A stretch of 64,000 bases of DNA. It comes from Nymphaea colorata (Eukaryota). Of the stretch, positions 25,169-39,213 are shown one piece after another (position 1 is the first letter of the stretch; every line of letters starts with the position of its first letter). The notes under the pieces were generated by a model. It was not told the origin of the DNA and did not search any database. It saw only the letters and a list, made by a program, of their open reading frames with translations. A program made the position numbers and the translations under genes. The DNA lies in assembly GCF_008831285.2 (NCBI RefSeq), contig NC_045138.2, positions 43,710,001 to 43,774,000 on the forward strand, written 5' to 3'.

Positions 25169-28100
25169 TCAAAGTTAAATTTTAAAGTTATTTCAAGTCT
25201 GAGTTAGGTTCATGGTTCAGTTCACAGTAGTGATAAACTAGGCTCACTGATAATGCATGAAATGCATTAATTTTTAGTATTATTTACAATTTGATGTGAT
25301 TTAATGTCTAAATTTTCATGTTTTCATTTGTGTAGGGTTCAGGAGTTGTGGTTCGAATTTGATCGAAATTGATGTTAAAACAATGTAATTGTGTGCAAAA
25401 CAGTGAAATTTGGCCCCCAATGATAAGATTATTTTTTACTATTAAAAAAAACTCATATTTGTGGTCAATCCTAAGCCTTGATTCCCTGCACATGCTTATT
25501 ATTTGGGTTTGCCTTTTTGTCACAAGTTACTCGACTCTAATAGAATTAAAATGAGTTCTTTAGTGATGAAAACAGATCATCTAGAACCACTTTAAAAGAT
25601 GAGCGTTAATGACGAGGCCTTTAGAAAATCAGACTTTTTATTGGAGATTTTTAGAAAATTTGCTAGACAGAAACCCTATCCCATGAAGCAGCAGAGAAGC
25701 CCAAGGAGGAGATCCTCCATCGATCTCTCTAAGCGAGGCTCCTCGATGGGCATTCTTCAACCCCACAGTGACTCCTCTCCTTTCATGCCTTTTCTCTCTA
25801 AAACCTATAGAACCAGCCTGGTGGATGAAGGATTCACATCAATGGAGGATTCCTGGAGTATCAAATCAAGAAGTCAACAAGGCTACACCCACATTTTTGG
25901 TTTTTTTTTTTTTGTTCATTGCATTTTAGTTTTAGGCTTTTTCAACTCTTTTTTCATCTTCTAGAGTAGGATTCTGCAATATTCTCCTAGGTGTTTTCTG
26001 TGCATTGTTAGATTAGTGTTTGGGTTGTCAAAAATCAAGGTGCATTTGTTGTCTTTAATGTTTACGTGCATGATTTCATCTAGCTAGGTTAGATAGCATA
26101 GTGTACAGTGCATAGGTTGTTCTTTCTCATCATGTCACTGCATATCGCTGGTTTTTCCAGCAATTGAACCGCATCTACTGTTTTTCTGTTATTTCTAGCT
26201 GTAGCTGCATAGAACAAGGTCTGCTTGCATTTGATATGTATTTTCTTTTAATTTCTTCTATCCTAGCATCAATTAATTACATTTTAATGTGAAATAATAT
26301 AGATTAGGTAAGTTTTATTCATCTTTTGCTAATTAAATAGTGTGTAGGTTGAATGTTCTGAAGACTTTTTGGTCTTCAGTTGCAAACAAGGTGCTCATAG
26401 TGTTCAGCACCTAATTTCAGTAAACTTAAAAAAACAAGGTGCTGGCAGCATCCAGCACCTAATTTCAGTAAACTTCTTCCAATCACATGCAATTCCAGCT
26501 CTTGTTTTCTGTGTTTTTGGGCATATCGACATAGAGTAGATAAGTGTGTGTTATTTTTAGTGACCTTTAGTGTTTTAGTTAGTACAAATTAAGGGTTTAT
26601 TGGTTGGCATCTCCCTAGCTATCAAACGATGCTGCTGGCTGCACCTAGCAGCATTTTCTATTGCATTTGCTTATGATTCCATGCCATTTCACCTCCATTC
26701 TATTATGTTTGGGCATGTTCACAAGTAATTTAAGTAGTTTGTGTTTAGATTGTGCTAAGTACTTAGTGAATAGATAGTAAAAACTATGCATGTTTGTTAT
26801 CACGCCAAATTTTTTCAAAAAGACTATTTTATTTTCACCTAAACAAAATTCTCAATTATTTGGATTTATATTTTTAGACCCTAAGCCCAATCCTAGATCC
26901 AAAACTATTTGATCCAAAATAAATCTCTAAACCTATGTCCAAACCCAAAACACAAAATTGAAATTCAAAACCCAACTTTAGACATGACATTTAAATCCAA
27001 AATTCAATTCTCATATCCGAATTAGATCCAAAACCCAAGTTTAGATCCAAATTGAGAAATTCAATCTCAAATTCCAAAGCCGAGACCCAAACCACAAAAT
27101 TTAATGCTATTGAGCGCCATAAGCGCATGCATGCACCTTTCCTTTGTTTTATGTTTTGTTCTCGTGCCAAGATGTGCTTTTGAGCTTAAATCATTCACTC
27201 AAATGCATCAGAAACTGATTCAACCCAATCGAGATTTAAAACAAGCCCAAAGTCACTCAAAACGGAGTCGGCGGCCCATTTGTAACAAAAACCATTTTTT
27301 TACATTTTAAATAAAAAATGGTTTTACGCCTCTTATATAAATAGTTTTTATTATTATTTATTTATTTAGTCATTTTTGTTTTATTTTGTTTTAAAAAATT
27401 CACCCGCTGACGTGGTCGTGCAAGCGTGCCTTCTCACGTCGAAGCGACCGTAGGATCATTCAAAGGATGAGACTCATTCCTAATATCATCTGTATTTGAG
27501 GTATGTAATTCTCCTCTCATTTATTTTTGTAACATCTTGCCACCTCCCCATGGCCGTGCAAGAAAGCTCTAATGACTTTCTATCTGGAGTCAAGAGCTAC
27601 ATCTTGAGTGCACCAGGAGTATGAGAAAGGCAAAATAAATTTCCTTTCTTCATTTATTTTCAAAAATATGCATGTTATATTGCTTTATTTATTGTTTATG
27701 CTTGAGATGATGCTTATGCATGATGTATTAATTTTCATTAAATAATGAACAAATGCACGACGAAAATGAGTATTTGGGTGGGCATCTTTTCATTATTATG
27801 TTAATTTTTGAGGTTGGGATTTGTCCAACCTGGGAAAACCCTTAACGAATATGTATATGTTAAAATGCATTTTCATGTCATTATCATACTTAGTTTCTCT
27901 TTTAATCACCCTAATGAGTGCTTTATTACGTTGTTTGATTTTCTTTCATACTCAATGGTAGAAGAAATATATTCTCTTGTAGCAAAAATAATTATGATTT
28001 TATGTTCATATTTGGAATCATGTTTTCTCAAATATTTCCAAAAATAAATACTCTCTTTAATAAAGCCTTAAAGACTTAGCCTAGGCACGTGCAAGAGTCC

Positions 28101-28499
28101 AAGTTCCTCTTCGGTCTACATAGAAAAATTGAAGTCAGATATTTTCAAGTTATTTTTTTATTTCAACTCTCATGAAAGCATATGCATGTATATATGTTAT
28201 ATACACGTATACATGCACATAACCATCTCACTTTTTCTTTCTCTCTTTATGATTTAATATATTCTTTTACAAATATTCATACACAGACATATGAATATGT
28301 CTACGTGCATCTCTCTTTCTCTCACTCTAGAGTCTCCTTTTCTCTAAAAATCTCTTTCTCTAAAATCTCTCTTTCTCTCGTTTTCTAAAATCTTCTTCTT
28401 CCTCCCCATTTGAGTTAATAATTTCCTTTCACATGCTCTCATATTATATATATATATATATATATACCTCTCTCTTTCTATTTAAAAAATCTTTTATTT

Positions 28500-29334
28500 T
28501 GTGATTTTAAAATCTCTTTCTCTTTATTTTTTTTTCTTACTACTCTCGGATGAAAGTATTTCATTATTTCCATTTTTTTGGCTATTTGTCTTCCAAGATC
28601 TAAGGTTTTAACTTTTCATTTACCGACTTCACCAAGATCAAAACTCAAGTAATAACTCAATATTGGAATTATACTTAATGGTCTACAATCTCATCTCATT
28701 TTCAAAAACTTTTCTCTTGTCACAAAAAATATTTATGACAATTATAAAATGATAAATTAGATGAATGTTATGGTAGGAATGGATGATTCGCTTCTAATCA
28801 TGTAGGTTGAATACATGCATACATCCACATTCACTTAACATCACAAATGATCACGAGCACATTTTTAAAAGAACTTAAGCAAAATGAGATTAAGCTCTAA
28901 CTAGGTAGTATCCGAATTAGAGTAAAATCTCAAACCAACTTAAAGACTTACGAGAATACTAAAGTGACTTCAAAAAGTGATCTTCAAAGGCTTCCAAGTG
29001 ATATTTACAAAGATTTTTCAATTCAAAATCTCTCAAATCAAAATGTCTTACACTCTTAAATGATTCTTCAAAATTTTTTCAAAATCTTGGAATAACAAAT
29101 CTTCAACATTTTCTCAAACACCACACCACATTTAGAATGAAAATATGTTTAAGCCAAAACTAAATGCATCAAGAATAAACATAGCCCTTAGATTGGTTAC
29201 CCCAGGTAAAGGCACCGGGAATGGTCAATCCTTGTACCGATGGGCGAATCCTTTCCTCTTTCATTTAAAATAAAACCTCATTTTTCTGAAGTACTCCAGA
29301 AAAACAGATCAAAAGATTTTTGGGAATGCAAACA
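28500..29334 (+). mobile_element. Ogre/Tat-like LTR 3' (U5) end remnant
   Basis: Family U5 motif at 29185-29250, ending in ..GCAAACA with no PBS after it. The left boundary is unknown. Confidence 0.4.
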
Positions 29335-31720
29335 ATGTTGTCTTTGTCGGCAAAGAGTTGCTAAAAGGAACAGTTGGACCGAGCTTGCTAAAGGCATCTA
29401 GCAGCCGCTGGCTAACCTATTAATATCTTTACGTAGGTTTTATACTTATCTTTCTTTAGAGTAGTTTAAATTTAAGCATATTAGTTGTTTAATAATGTTA
29501 TACGCTTGATTTTAGTGTCCACCCTATACTTGAAGTAGGTTTTCAAATATGGACTCAGTTTTTGTTCTTCTACAACAGTTTGCGCTGTTATTTGTTGTCT
29601 TTCTCATAGTCTCAGTTTGTAGATGTCTATTATGTGAACCTTGTTAGTTTTAGTTGAAATTACTGTAAGTACTGATTAGTGCACTATTTTAATATGTAGA
29701 TTGCATTTTAGTGATCTAGAAGAATAGTTCCGGTTTTTCCTTTTGCTTTTAAGATAACTTGTATTCAGTTTTACCATAATTTCTGCAATAGCTTCATAGA
29801 TTAGTATTCTGGACTGGATTTTCGGATACTTTGGATCTTGCTAGGTGTTCTTTGGATAGGTAAAATATTTATTTTGTTTTTTAATTCCTTAGATTCTGTA
29901 AATTAGGTGTTAAATCCAGTTTTAAAATCAATTTTAGAGTGCAGACTGGTTTTTGGCAAGTCCATAACTTTGGCATAAGATTTTTACTCATGTTTACCGC
30001 TTGTTATGTTATATTATGTCATGCTCTTTGTGTTTTCTTTTATAGCAAGTTTTGTTTACATTGATTGTTTCTACTGTCATGTTTATAGCTTGCTATGTTA
30101 TATTATGCCATGCTCTTTGCGTTTTTCTTTTACAGCAAATTTTGTTTGGATTGGTTGTTGCAACTGCTGTGGAACTTGGTTTAATATAGTTGTAGTTTAC
30201 CTAGTTTAGAGTAGTTGATAAAGTGTAGACCACTAACTAGGATTTACAGGTCTGCTGGTTAGTATAATTTAATTTACAATATTTAACTCCAGTTTTCTAG
30301 TCTAAATCATGTTTCTCTAGTTGTGGTTAATGATAATCCTTCATGTGGATCAGTTTTTAAGGAAAAATTAGTTGTTAAGTTTTCATTATAACTAATTTAA
30401 ATGTTCAAAGTGCTTTTTAACTTTTTCAAGTTTCAAGCAAAGTGCTTATATGTTTTATCTTGTTTTTCCTATATTTTTACTGCAAATTTCTGTTGTAGTT
30501 AACAGATTAATTAGTTCTTTCATTTTTGAAACATTATTTTTTGATAAAGAGTAGTTGGTAGCAATAATTTTAGCCAACTCATGGTGCAGTTTCTATTTAC
30601 TACATATTCATCTTCTTGAGAGTGAAAATCCACCCTATGATGTTAAGCATTCTTTTGTTGTAATTTTCCATTTGTATTAGCATTGTTTAATAGGAAACCT
30701 AGTTATCTTTTGTTAAAAAATAGTTTTAGATGAAAATTAATTGTTAATTAGTAGTTATAGTTAGTTTTAAAGTACAAACTGTTCTGGAGAGAAAGTGCAC
30801 ATTTTGCTTGAACATTTGTTATTTTGGTACATTTCTCATTATCATTTGATAGTTTATATTATTATTCTATGAAATTTATGGTTTGTAGCAGCTACTTGCT
30901 TCTTTTTAGGATTATTTTGTATTTAACAATTTACAATAGTGGGTTGTATGTTTTGAGTACATGCAAGAAAGATCAAGTGAACTAGGGTCACCCGACATTA
31001 ACCAAGTCTTAGACACTTTCGTCACACAAGAAATTAAACACTGGTTTGCATTTTGTGCAGCTGGCTAGCACACAAGTACACAAACTTACATTGAAAGTAT
31101 CTTGTTTTTGTGTACAGGTGACATTGTATAGTTTTCTTTTTGTGTTCTAATGTAATGTATAGCAGAATATTGTTTCTTTGACAATTCATAACCCACTCAA
31201 GAGGGAGGTAGAGCGATGAAAGCTGCACATGTTAAAGAAGATCAAGGAGCTCTAGTGTCTTCAAAAGGGCCACCATCTTTAGATTTTGATCTTTTCTTTT
31301 TTTTATTTGTTTGTGCTTTTTAGAACATTTTGTGTAAGTGTAAGCGTTTGTGCAACACTATTAGATAGTTTGGGACTATGTAGAACTGTAATTGTTGCAA
31401 TAGAAGTATTCCCTTTTGAGTATTAAAACTCTTGTTTTCTTTTCATTCTACGTGAATTGTTATATTTTGATATATATATTGATAGTCAAACAGTTGTCGC
31501 CACCAGACTCACTATTAGTGAACTTTGATAAATATAATTGGTGTGTGGTTTCACTTTGTATTGCAAAAAAATATTTGATTATATATGTGAACATGAATGC
31601 GAAATAGATTGAAAATTATATTTATATCCAAAACTGCATCACTCACTAAGCTCAGTCTTGAAGAATTAGGCTCGTGCTTAACAAGAGGGAACAGACTCAG
31701 GGTTGGCCAATTAAGTAATT

Positions 31721-31807
31721 TTCTTCTTCTTTTCTCATTTCTTTCTTATTTCCAGTTTGGTTCTTCTTCTTTTCTCATTTCTTTCTTATTTCCAGTTTGG
31801 TTCTTCT
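31721..31807 (+). repeat. Perfect 40-bp tandem duplication
   Basis: TTCTTCTTCTTTTCTCATTTCTTTCTTATTTCCAGTTTGG occurs twice. Confidence 0.95.
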
Positions 31808-32271
31808 CTTTTCTAGTTCTCTAATAGCATGTCTTAGGTTTTCCTTTTCTACCTTTGTATGCTTAATCTAGCATAGTTTTAATTTTGCTTTAAACATGTT
31901 CTAGCCTAGTTATTTCCTTACTTTCCTAGATAGTTTATTTTTCGTCACTTGGAGGTCAGGTATGTGTGTTTTCTCCTTTCTCTTATTTAATGTTAGTATT
32001 AATTTTTATTTCCAAGTTGTATTTTTTGTATACTTCATATACTTTACCTTTCAGATTAATTGTATCGTAAAGGTCTAAACATGGATATATGTTTTACACA
32101 ATGCACAAGTACATTTTCGTTGGATCAGCATGCATGGGATGAGTAATGGGCTCTCGACGATAATGTGGGAAATGAATAACCCCAATTCAAGCTAAATTCC
32201 AATTGAGCACACTTTAAAATCAATGTTTCCAAAAGTGATTTTTAAAATCAAAGCTCATTTATAAAAGGCTT

Positions 32272-33684
32272 TGTAACACCCTACGTTCATGCATAGTCAA
32301 GGTATAACTTAGAGTTGACTCACGTCCAAGTCTTCTATGACCTAGCATAGACTGGCCTTATAACCCACTATAACCCAACCCCAATCATAGATCTCGGTCC
32401 TTTGGCCGATCCTTGTAAAACCTTCTCTCAATGCCCACACATGACCAAGGCAGTAAGCCTACTACAAGAAACCTACTCCTAGCCAAAAACGCAAACCCTA
32501 GCTAGGCCAACCCATATCATTGGAACCCTGAAATCCTAATAATGTTCAAAATTTTACTCAACCTTAGGGAAAGCCATGAATGCAAACCTAGATCTCATAA
32601 ATCAGATTCCAGATCTCGAAAAGTTGTTAATTGGATTCTAAGTTTGGATTTACAGATCACATCAAACTTGGAGCTGAATATGGATCGTAACTTATGTTCA
32701 TTTGATCTTGAACTTAGGATATCAATTCTAGGTGATTTTGATTTCTGCTTGGATCTTGGATCTCATGACAAAATAATATCAAATTTTGGAAGAGAATCAA
32801 AATATATTAGACCTCATATTTAAATTGTTGCACAAGCCCTAGCTGAATCCTAGAACCAAAATCCATATCACAAGTTCAAACCTCAGAACCAGGATTTTAA
32901 ATCATGAATTCCCATGGAAGAACTCAAATTGTAAACTGGATCTAGATCTGATTTCATATTTTCATGGTCACGTCCCACAAGACCCTAGAAGCCAGATTTT
33001 GACTATGCATAATCTAACTACATGCATACATGTTAGCTTAAGCTTGTTTGCATGACAAAATTTCATTTGGAGTTTTCCCAGTTCACAAGTCTTGTATTTG
33101 ATGACTCATTTGGATTCTCAGACATGTATCTTTTTCAAGATCAAAGTACATTTGTTTTTCATGTACTTAGGATCATGACCATAATCATTACTTAACACTT
33201 TGGAACACTAATCATTAGTTTGACTACCCTTGGTAAAGGTACCAGGAAGGATAGACTCATATCGACATGTCTGGTCATGTCTCTCGAATTCCAACATGAA
33301 AGGATGGAGTGAGTACATGTAATCTATTTCTCATTTTCAAGTGGTCTATATATGCTATATATGGAAAGTTGAAAAAATTTTCATGTAAACTGAAGTAACG
33401 ACTGTCATGGAACTTTTCTCTTTCTTAACTTGGCCATATGTTCCAAATGTCCAGGTTCTAGCTATTGTCCATGCCATAGAGGTCTCTAGGCAGCTCATAT
33501 AATACTATGCACATTTTTTATATGCATTAGGAGAATGAATTGAGAGGGAATTGTTCATGTTCATATAGATCTTAGATTAATACAAACCCTCTAAATTTGG
33601 GAGTTGTATGAAAACTTGATCGAAAATTGAGGAGGGAACCCCACCAATCCCTACAGTATTGAGGAAGACGTCAGGAGTGACACA
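32272..33684 (+). mobile_element. Gypsy LTR debris, including an Ogre-like U5/PBS remnant
   Basis: TGTAACACCC LTR-type start at 32272; family U5 motif at 33219-33280; PBS-like TAACGACTGTCATGGAAC at ~33396-33413; similarity to 14866-15210. Confidence 0.45.
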
Positions 33685-34041
33685 ATAACAAGTTTAATCT
33701 AGGCCTCTTCTCTTGCTTTTGCCTTATTCTTGGGTGCCTACTACTTGTATCTAAACCTTTCAATGTCTCTTCCATTGAATTCCCAGAACCACCGATCTCT
33801 TTTTGAGAGCCTGAATGATTTCCAACGGGCTATAAGTATGCATGTGATTAATGGCCATAATACATCTCTCTTTTTATTTGTAGGGTCTAATATGGTTATA
33901 TGGGTAGAAAGGCATTATTTCTACTACAACAATGGTGTTCTTACCATGGTCCTAGAACAAGTTCTTTAAAACCCCAGGTATACATCATTTACTATTGAAC
34001 CCTTGACAATACAATCTTAGTTGATGCGCTAAAGAGTTATA

Positions 34042-34818
34042 CCAATGTTGTAAAATGCATATCGTAAGGCGTATTGGTCGGGCTTTAAGATACGCCGTAT
34101 CGTAACGTATTGTAATCGCATCGTAAATTTTTTTAAAATAATAATAATAAATCAGAAAAAAAAATCAGAAAATTCATTAAAACATCAGAAAAAATTAAAA
34201 ATAATAAATTCTTCATAGAAAACATGTTTTAGATAATGATAGACTTATTATTGCTAAATGCTATAAACTTACGCGTTCACGGTTCATCATTCATACTTCA
34301 TAGACATCAAAATTCATAACAATATCATTCAATTTCAATATACAAAGCATAAGTTATAAAGTGATAAAACATTCAAGTGTTCAACAACCATAGATTCATA
34401 ACTCTTTAGTGGTTCGATATATATAATGATTCATCATTCATAATCTTCATCATCTTCATCTTCATCTTCATCTTCATCTTCATCTTCATCTTCATCGTCA
34501 AGAATTTGAAGATCCTCACCAACATATTTAGCACCAGCAGTAGCACTAGCAGACTCTCCTTCATCAACAAAGCCTTCTATTGCTTCAGCTTCAAGGTTGA
34601 AGCATTCAAGTTCTTCATCATCAAATATTGTAGCTGGTTCTTCCTCAATCCATGGCTCCAGATCGTCAAAGTTTTCTAAGCTGATAGGATCGAACTGATA
34701 TGTGTGCTTCCTTGCTGATGTTTTTTGTAATTCTCTACGTTACATAAGATAAAACTTGTTAATATATAATTTCATATAAATATATTGTACAAAAAATGTA
34801 AACATTAAGCTATATTAC
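34042..34818 (-). mobile_element. hAT transposon 3' end with last transposase exon (34434-34734), cut by a copia insertion
   Basis: CAATGTTGTAAAA terminus with CGTAT/ATCGTA subterminal repeats. The exon reads ELQKTSARKHTYQFDPISLENFDDLEPWIEEE..(DE)n-YE*. Confidence 0.7.
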
Positions 34819-36263
34819 TGTTGAAGCATGTTAGATGGGTCTCGGGACCAGGTCTAGATCCATACCTAATCCATCGTGTAGCCCTTGTTGGGCCTTACTT
34901 AAGGATTGTAACCCTAATTTTGAGTGTGTGAATGAAATCTTAAGAGAGAGAGAGTCTGGTTGCTAGTGAGCACCAGTTCCTCCTCATCTGTGGTTTTTTC
35001 CCTCTTGTTGAGGGTTTTTTCACGTTACATCATGTTCATCGTATTCCTTTTTCTTACCATGTTTCTACATGGTATCAGAGCCAACGAGTTTGGAAAATTT
35101 TTTAGCGATCGTGAAGTTCCGATCCTAACCGTTCTCTCCACCGCTGCCGTGAAGTTCTGACATCTCACTGGCGTCTCTCTGTTTCTGCTGTTGTTGTCCT
35201 TCTGCCTGACAGTAGTGCTGTCGCCGGACATCACCGTTGCGATATACTACCGCCGCCGGAGACCGCTGTTGTGGTATCCTGCTCCATCGTCGCCCCACTC
35301 GGCGTCGCTAGTTCTGCTCAGTTCTGCCTGCCGACGCTCTTCTTGTCGCATGGTTCTAGTCGCTACTCGCCCGACGCCTCTCTTGTTTCCCGCTGTCGCC
35401 CGACCTGCTCCATCATCGCTCGATCTGCTCCATCGCTTGCCTCTGGTTGTCAATGGTGACTGTCTATTCTCTGTTGATCAACCGCTGCTCGCCTCCAACA
35501 TTGCACCTCAGGTCTGCTGCCGTGAAGCTCCAGCCCTCTGCCACCCGACGGTTCTACTGCATCATTTGTGCCTCCGACATCGCCGTCGTTTGCCCCCTGG
35601 TGTATGCCATCTGTGTCCCTCTGCCGCCGCCGGTGCCTTCATTGAGTCTGCTGTTGCTGTCCTTATTTTTTTGTGCAGGGCTAGTCCGTGATCATGACAA
35701 CATCTTCCTCGTCGACTGTCAATAGTGACCAAACTGAAATTGGGGCTTATAGAACTGAGAATGTTCCGGTTCAGGTCACTACCATTCGTCTTACAAAGGA
35801 AAATTACCTTAAGTGGTCTGCCGCCATCATCATGGGGATAGCTGGTCGAGGCCATATTGCATATGTGAATGGAGTAAGGTTGAACCTGCTGCAAACAGTA
35901 TGGCTTGGGATACTTGATTTCTTAAGGACAACCAAGTGAAAACTTGGATTGTTAATTTGGTATCGTCTGATATTCAATCTCTCATCCTTCGTAAGAAGAC
36001 TGTGAGAGATATGTGGATTATTTTAGAACAAATGTATGGCCAGAAGAAGAGGAAGGTTCGTGTGTATCAATTGATGAAGGATGTGTATGCTCTGAGGCAA
36101 GGGGACATCTGGGTCGCAGATTTCTATGCCGCGCTAAAATCCAAATGGGAAGATCTTGACTATCATTCAGATGATTCTTGGAACTGTCCTCAAGACCAGA
36201 TGCATTATGTGGCCAAAGAGTGGGAGAATCGGATCTTCTTATTCTTAGCAGGACTAAATGATG
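34819..36263 (+). mobile_element. Copia family A, 5' fragment: LTR 34819-35069, PBS 35070-35081, frameshifted gag from ~35694
   Basis: TGTTGAAGC..TCTACA LTR, PBS TGGTATCAGAGC, and gag RLTKENYLKW..RVYQL..FLFLAGLND, then an abrupt junction. Confidence 0.9.
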
Positions 36264-37202
36264 GTGTGGAGGTGATATAAGCAACGAGAGATTGATCATG
36301 AGCCATCCACATCTCATATTCAGGATTGATTTCTGCGATAGTCTCTTGAACTTGCCCTGTAGCATTCTTCACCTCTCGCATAATCCATTCAGGTGGTGTA
36401 GGTGTGGTGCCATTGAGATGTCCATAGAGACGGTGACTCTTGAAGAACGGGACTATTTGACGTTTCAATGTCAAATAATTAGTATGATTTATCTTTTGTG
36501 AGATGAGTTGGGAGAGGAAATTGGACGACAAGATGCTGGAATTGCAGTGGGGATCCATAAATGCAATAATCAGAAAATAGGGAAAAAATAGAAATGAGAT
36601 TAGGGTTAGGTGGCTGATGGTAGGGCAGATTAAGGCAGACAGTAGGATTAGGGCAGATGGTAGGGTTAGGGCAGATTAGGGCAGATGGTAGGATTAGGGC
36701 AGATTAGGGTAGACGGTAGGATTAGGACAGATTAGGATAGACGGTAGGATTAGGGCATATTAGGGTAGACGATAGGATTATGGAAGATTAGGGCAGAAAT
36801 TTGGGGATTAGGGCAGAAAATAGAGATTTGAAGATTAGGGCAGAAAAGAAACAAAGATTAGGGCCGAAATTAGAGATTCTTACCAAACATTATCAGTGGC
36901 AAAACCTTCCTCTAATACCATGTAAGATTTTGATATCTAATACCAAACCACCGAATGAACTTAGATGCAAGAGGAGGAAGAGAGAAGTGGGTTGCACGTC
37001 CAAGCAAGAGAGATGAAAGAGAGCAGCAACAAATGACGTCTGCCTCTTGTTATCATTATATACTAATCACGATTTAGGGTACATAATAAAATACACAAAA
37101 TAACAATAAGATTAACAAGTATGCCACCTCCCATGATGTGTTGGGCGTGTGGATCAAATGGGTCGGGTCTAGGTGACCCGATCCATATGTACAAACTTAA
37201 CA
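36264..37202 (-). mobile_element. Copia family B, 5' fragment: LTR 36921-37202, PBS ~36909-36920, gag N-terminus
   Basis: TG..CA LTR, PBS variant TGGTATTAGAG, and gag KINHTNYLTLKRQI..LYGHLNGTTPTP..NPEYEMWMAHDQ. Confidence 0.85.
36597..36865 (+). repeat. GATTAGGGCA-based short tandem array in the copia B leader
   Basis: More than 15 TTAGGG/TTAGGA-containing units of 10-18 nt. Confidence 0.85.
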
Positions 37203-39213
37203 CAGTCTTCTTGAGTGAGTGCATCTACGAAGAGGTTTGGGAGCACCTCCAGGACCACGACTAACAAGTGACCTCTCATTATATGATGTGTGATCCCTCT
37301 TTCCCCCAGTGGTAACTAGCCTTCTCTGTTCTTCAGCCTCAACATGGGAGTAAACATCTTCAATACTGAATGATTTCTCAGAATTGAGAATCTAACTCCT
37401 TATCTTTTCGAATTCATCGTTTAGTCATGCTAAGAATAGGAATATCCTATTCTCCAACTCTTTGGCAACATAATACATCTGGTCTTGAGGACAATTCCAA
37501 GTATCATCTGAATGGTAGTCAAGATCCTCCCATTTGGATTTTAGTGCGGCATAGAAATCTGCGACCGAGAGATCTCCTTGCCTTATAGCATACACATCCT
37601 TCATTTCTTGATACACACGAACCTTCCTCTTCTTCTGGCCATACATTTGTTCCAAAATAATCCACATATCCCACGCAGTCTTCTTACGAAGAATGAGAGA
37701 TTGAATATCATATGACACTGAATTTACAATCCAAGTTTTCACTTGGTTGTCCTCAAGGAACCAAGTATCCCAAGCCATACTATTTACAGCAGGTTCAACC
37801 TTACTCCCATTCACATAGGCAATACGGCCTCGACCAACTATACCCATAGTGATGGCGGCAAACCACTTAAGATAGTTTTCCTTGGTAAGACAAATGGTAG
37901 TGACCTGAACCGGAACACTCTCAGTTCTATAAGCCCTAATTTCAGTCTGATCAATGTTGACGGTTGAGGAGGAAGATGCTGCCATGATCACGAATGAGTC
38001 GGCAGCAACAAAAAAGAAGGCACCGGCGGCAGCAAGGGCAACCAGTGGCATCGGAGTAGCAGCAGGTGGTGACACCAGAGCAGCAGCAGAGGAGCAGCGG
38101 GAGCAGGGCTGGCTGCCGTGTTTCTGTGCCTCTGTTTTTCGCGACGCTACGGGACTGGCGATGAAGGCAAAACGACGATCAGCAAGGAAGGCAGCACAAG
38201 CGGAGCAGGGTTGACGGTGAACCTGTGACCAAGGCGACAACTAAAGAGCGCAGAGTGCACAGACGGCGCTAATGAACAAAGCGACACTGCAAGATGCTGT
38301 AGCAGGGAACTAGCATGGAACACGGCAGCAAGGCACCAACTGATGTTGAGGCTGAGGAGCAAGAAGCGACGACAAAGTAGCAGCAACAAAGAGCTCCATG
38401 ACAGATGAGCACCACCAGACGAAGGCAAACAATAAGAGAACCTCAGGTAACAGCAACGAGGCACGGAGTGGTGGGCGATGGTGGTCGCTGGTCGATGGGC
38501 GATGCTAGGCGCTGGCAGAGGCGACAGCGACGGGGGAGGGTAGAGGTGACAGCGTCGGGCGAAGGAGAACGTCGAGCATGAGCTGGGTAGTGATACTGGG
38601 CTGCAGCCAGAAACCAGCGGCAAAGAGCAACCAAACTCGGCGGCAACAGTGTCACAGAGACGCAGACAAGGGCGGCAGCAACAGCAGAAGCCGCAACAAC
38701 AGCAGGAGGCAGTGGGAACAGGCGTGGCAGAGGTTCCTTCAGCGACAGCAGCAAAGGAGCTCCACAGTAGACTCCACCGAGTGTTGACGATGGCAGAGAA
38801 GGCGAGCGGCAGTCTCGGGCGATGCTCGTAGAATGTGCACCGTCGGGCACAGCAAACTTCGTCGGGGTCCACCAGAACTTCACGGGGATAGAAATCTTTC
38901 ACCAAACAGAGTCGAGGATTCTTTATCAAATCTGAACAGTGATCTCAGAAATTGTTCGGCTCTGATACCATGTAGAAACAGTAAAAGCGAGAAGAACAAC
39001 TGATGTAACGTGGTGGAAAACCCTCAACAAGAGGGTCAACCACGGGTGAGGAGGTCGGTGCTCACTAGCCGCCAGACACTCTGTCTCTTAAAACTTCATT
39101 AACACTCAGACATTAGGGTTACAAGTCTTTAAGTAAGGCCCAACAAGGACTACAAATTGGATCGGGTCTGGACCCAGACCCGGTTCTATGACCCTTCTTT
39201 ACATGCTTCAACA
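37203..39213 (-). mobile_element. Copia family A, second copy, inverted: LTR 38971-39213, PBS 38959-38970, gag truncated at the zinc knuckle
   Basis: LTR and gag are reverse-complement homologues of 34819-36263 (ORF 37425..38240 matches ORFs 35688 and 35936). Confidence 0.92.

Noticed and set aside
32272..33684. Intact solo LTR with TSD
   Set aside because: The flanks (GGCTT versus CAATA/ATAAC) do not match, and the region looks composite.
34819..39213. Fold-back as a single mobile unit with LTRs acting as TIRs
   Set aside because: There is no target-site duplication, and the left and right flanks come from unrelated elements.
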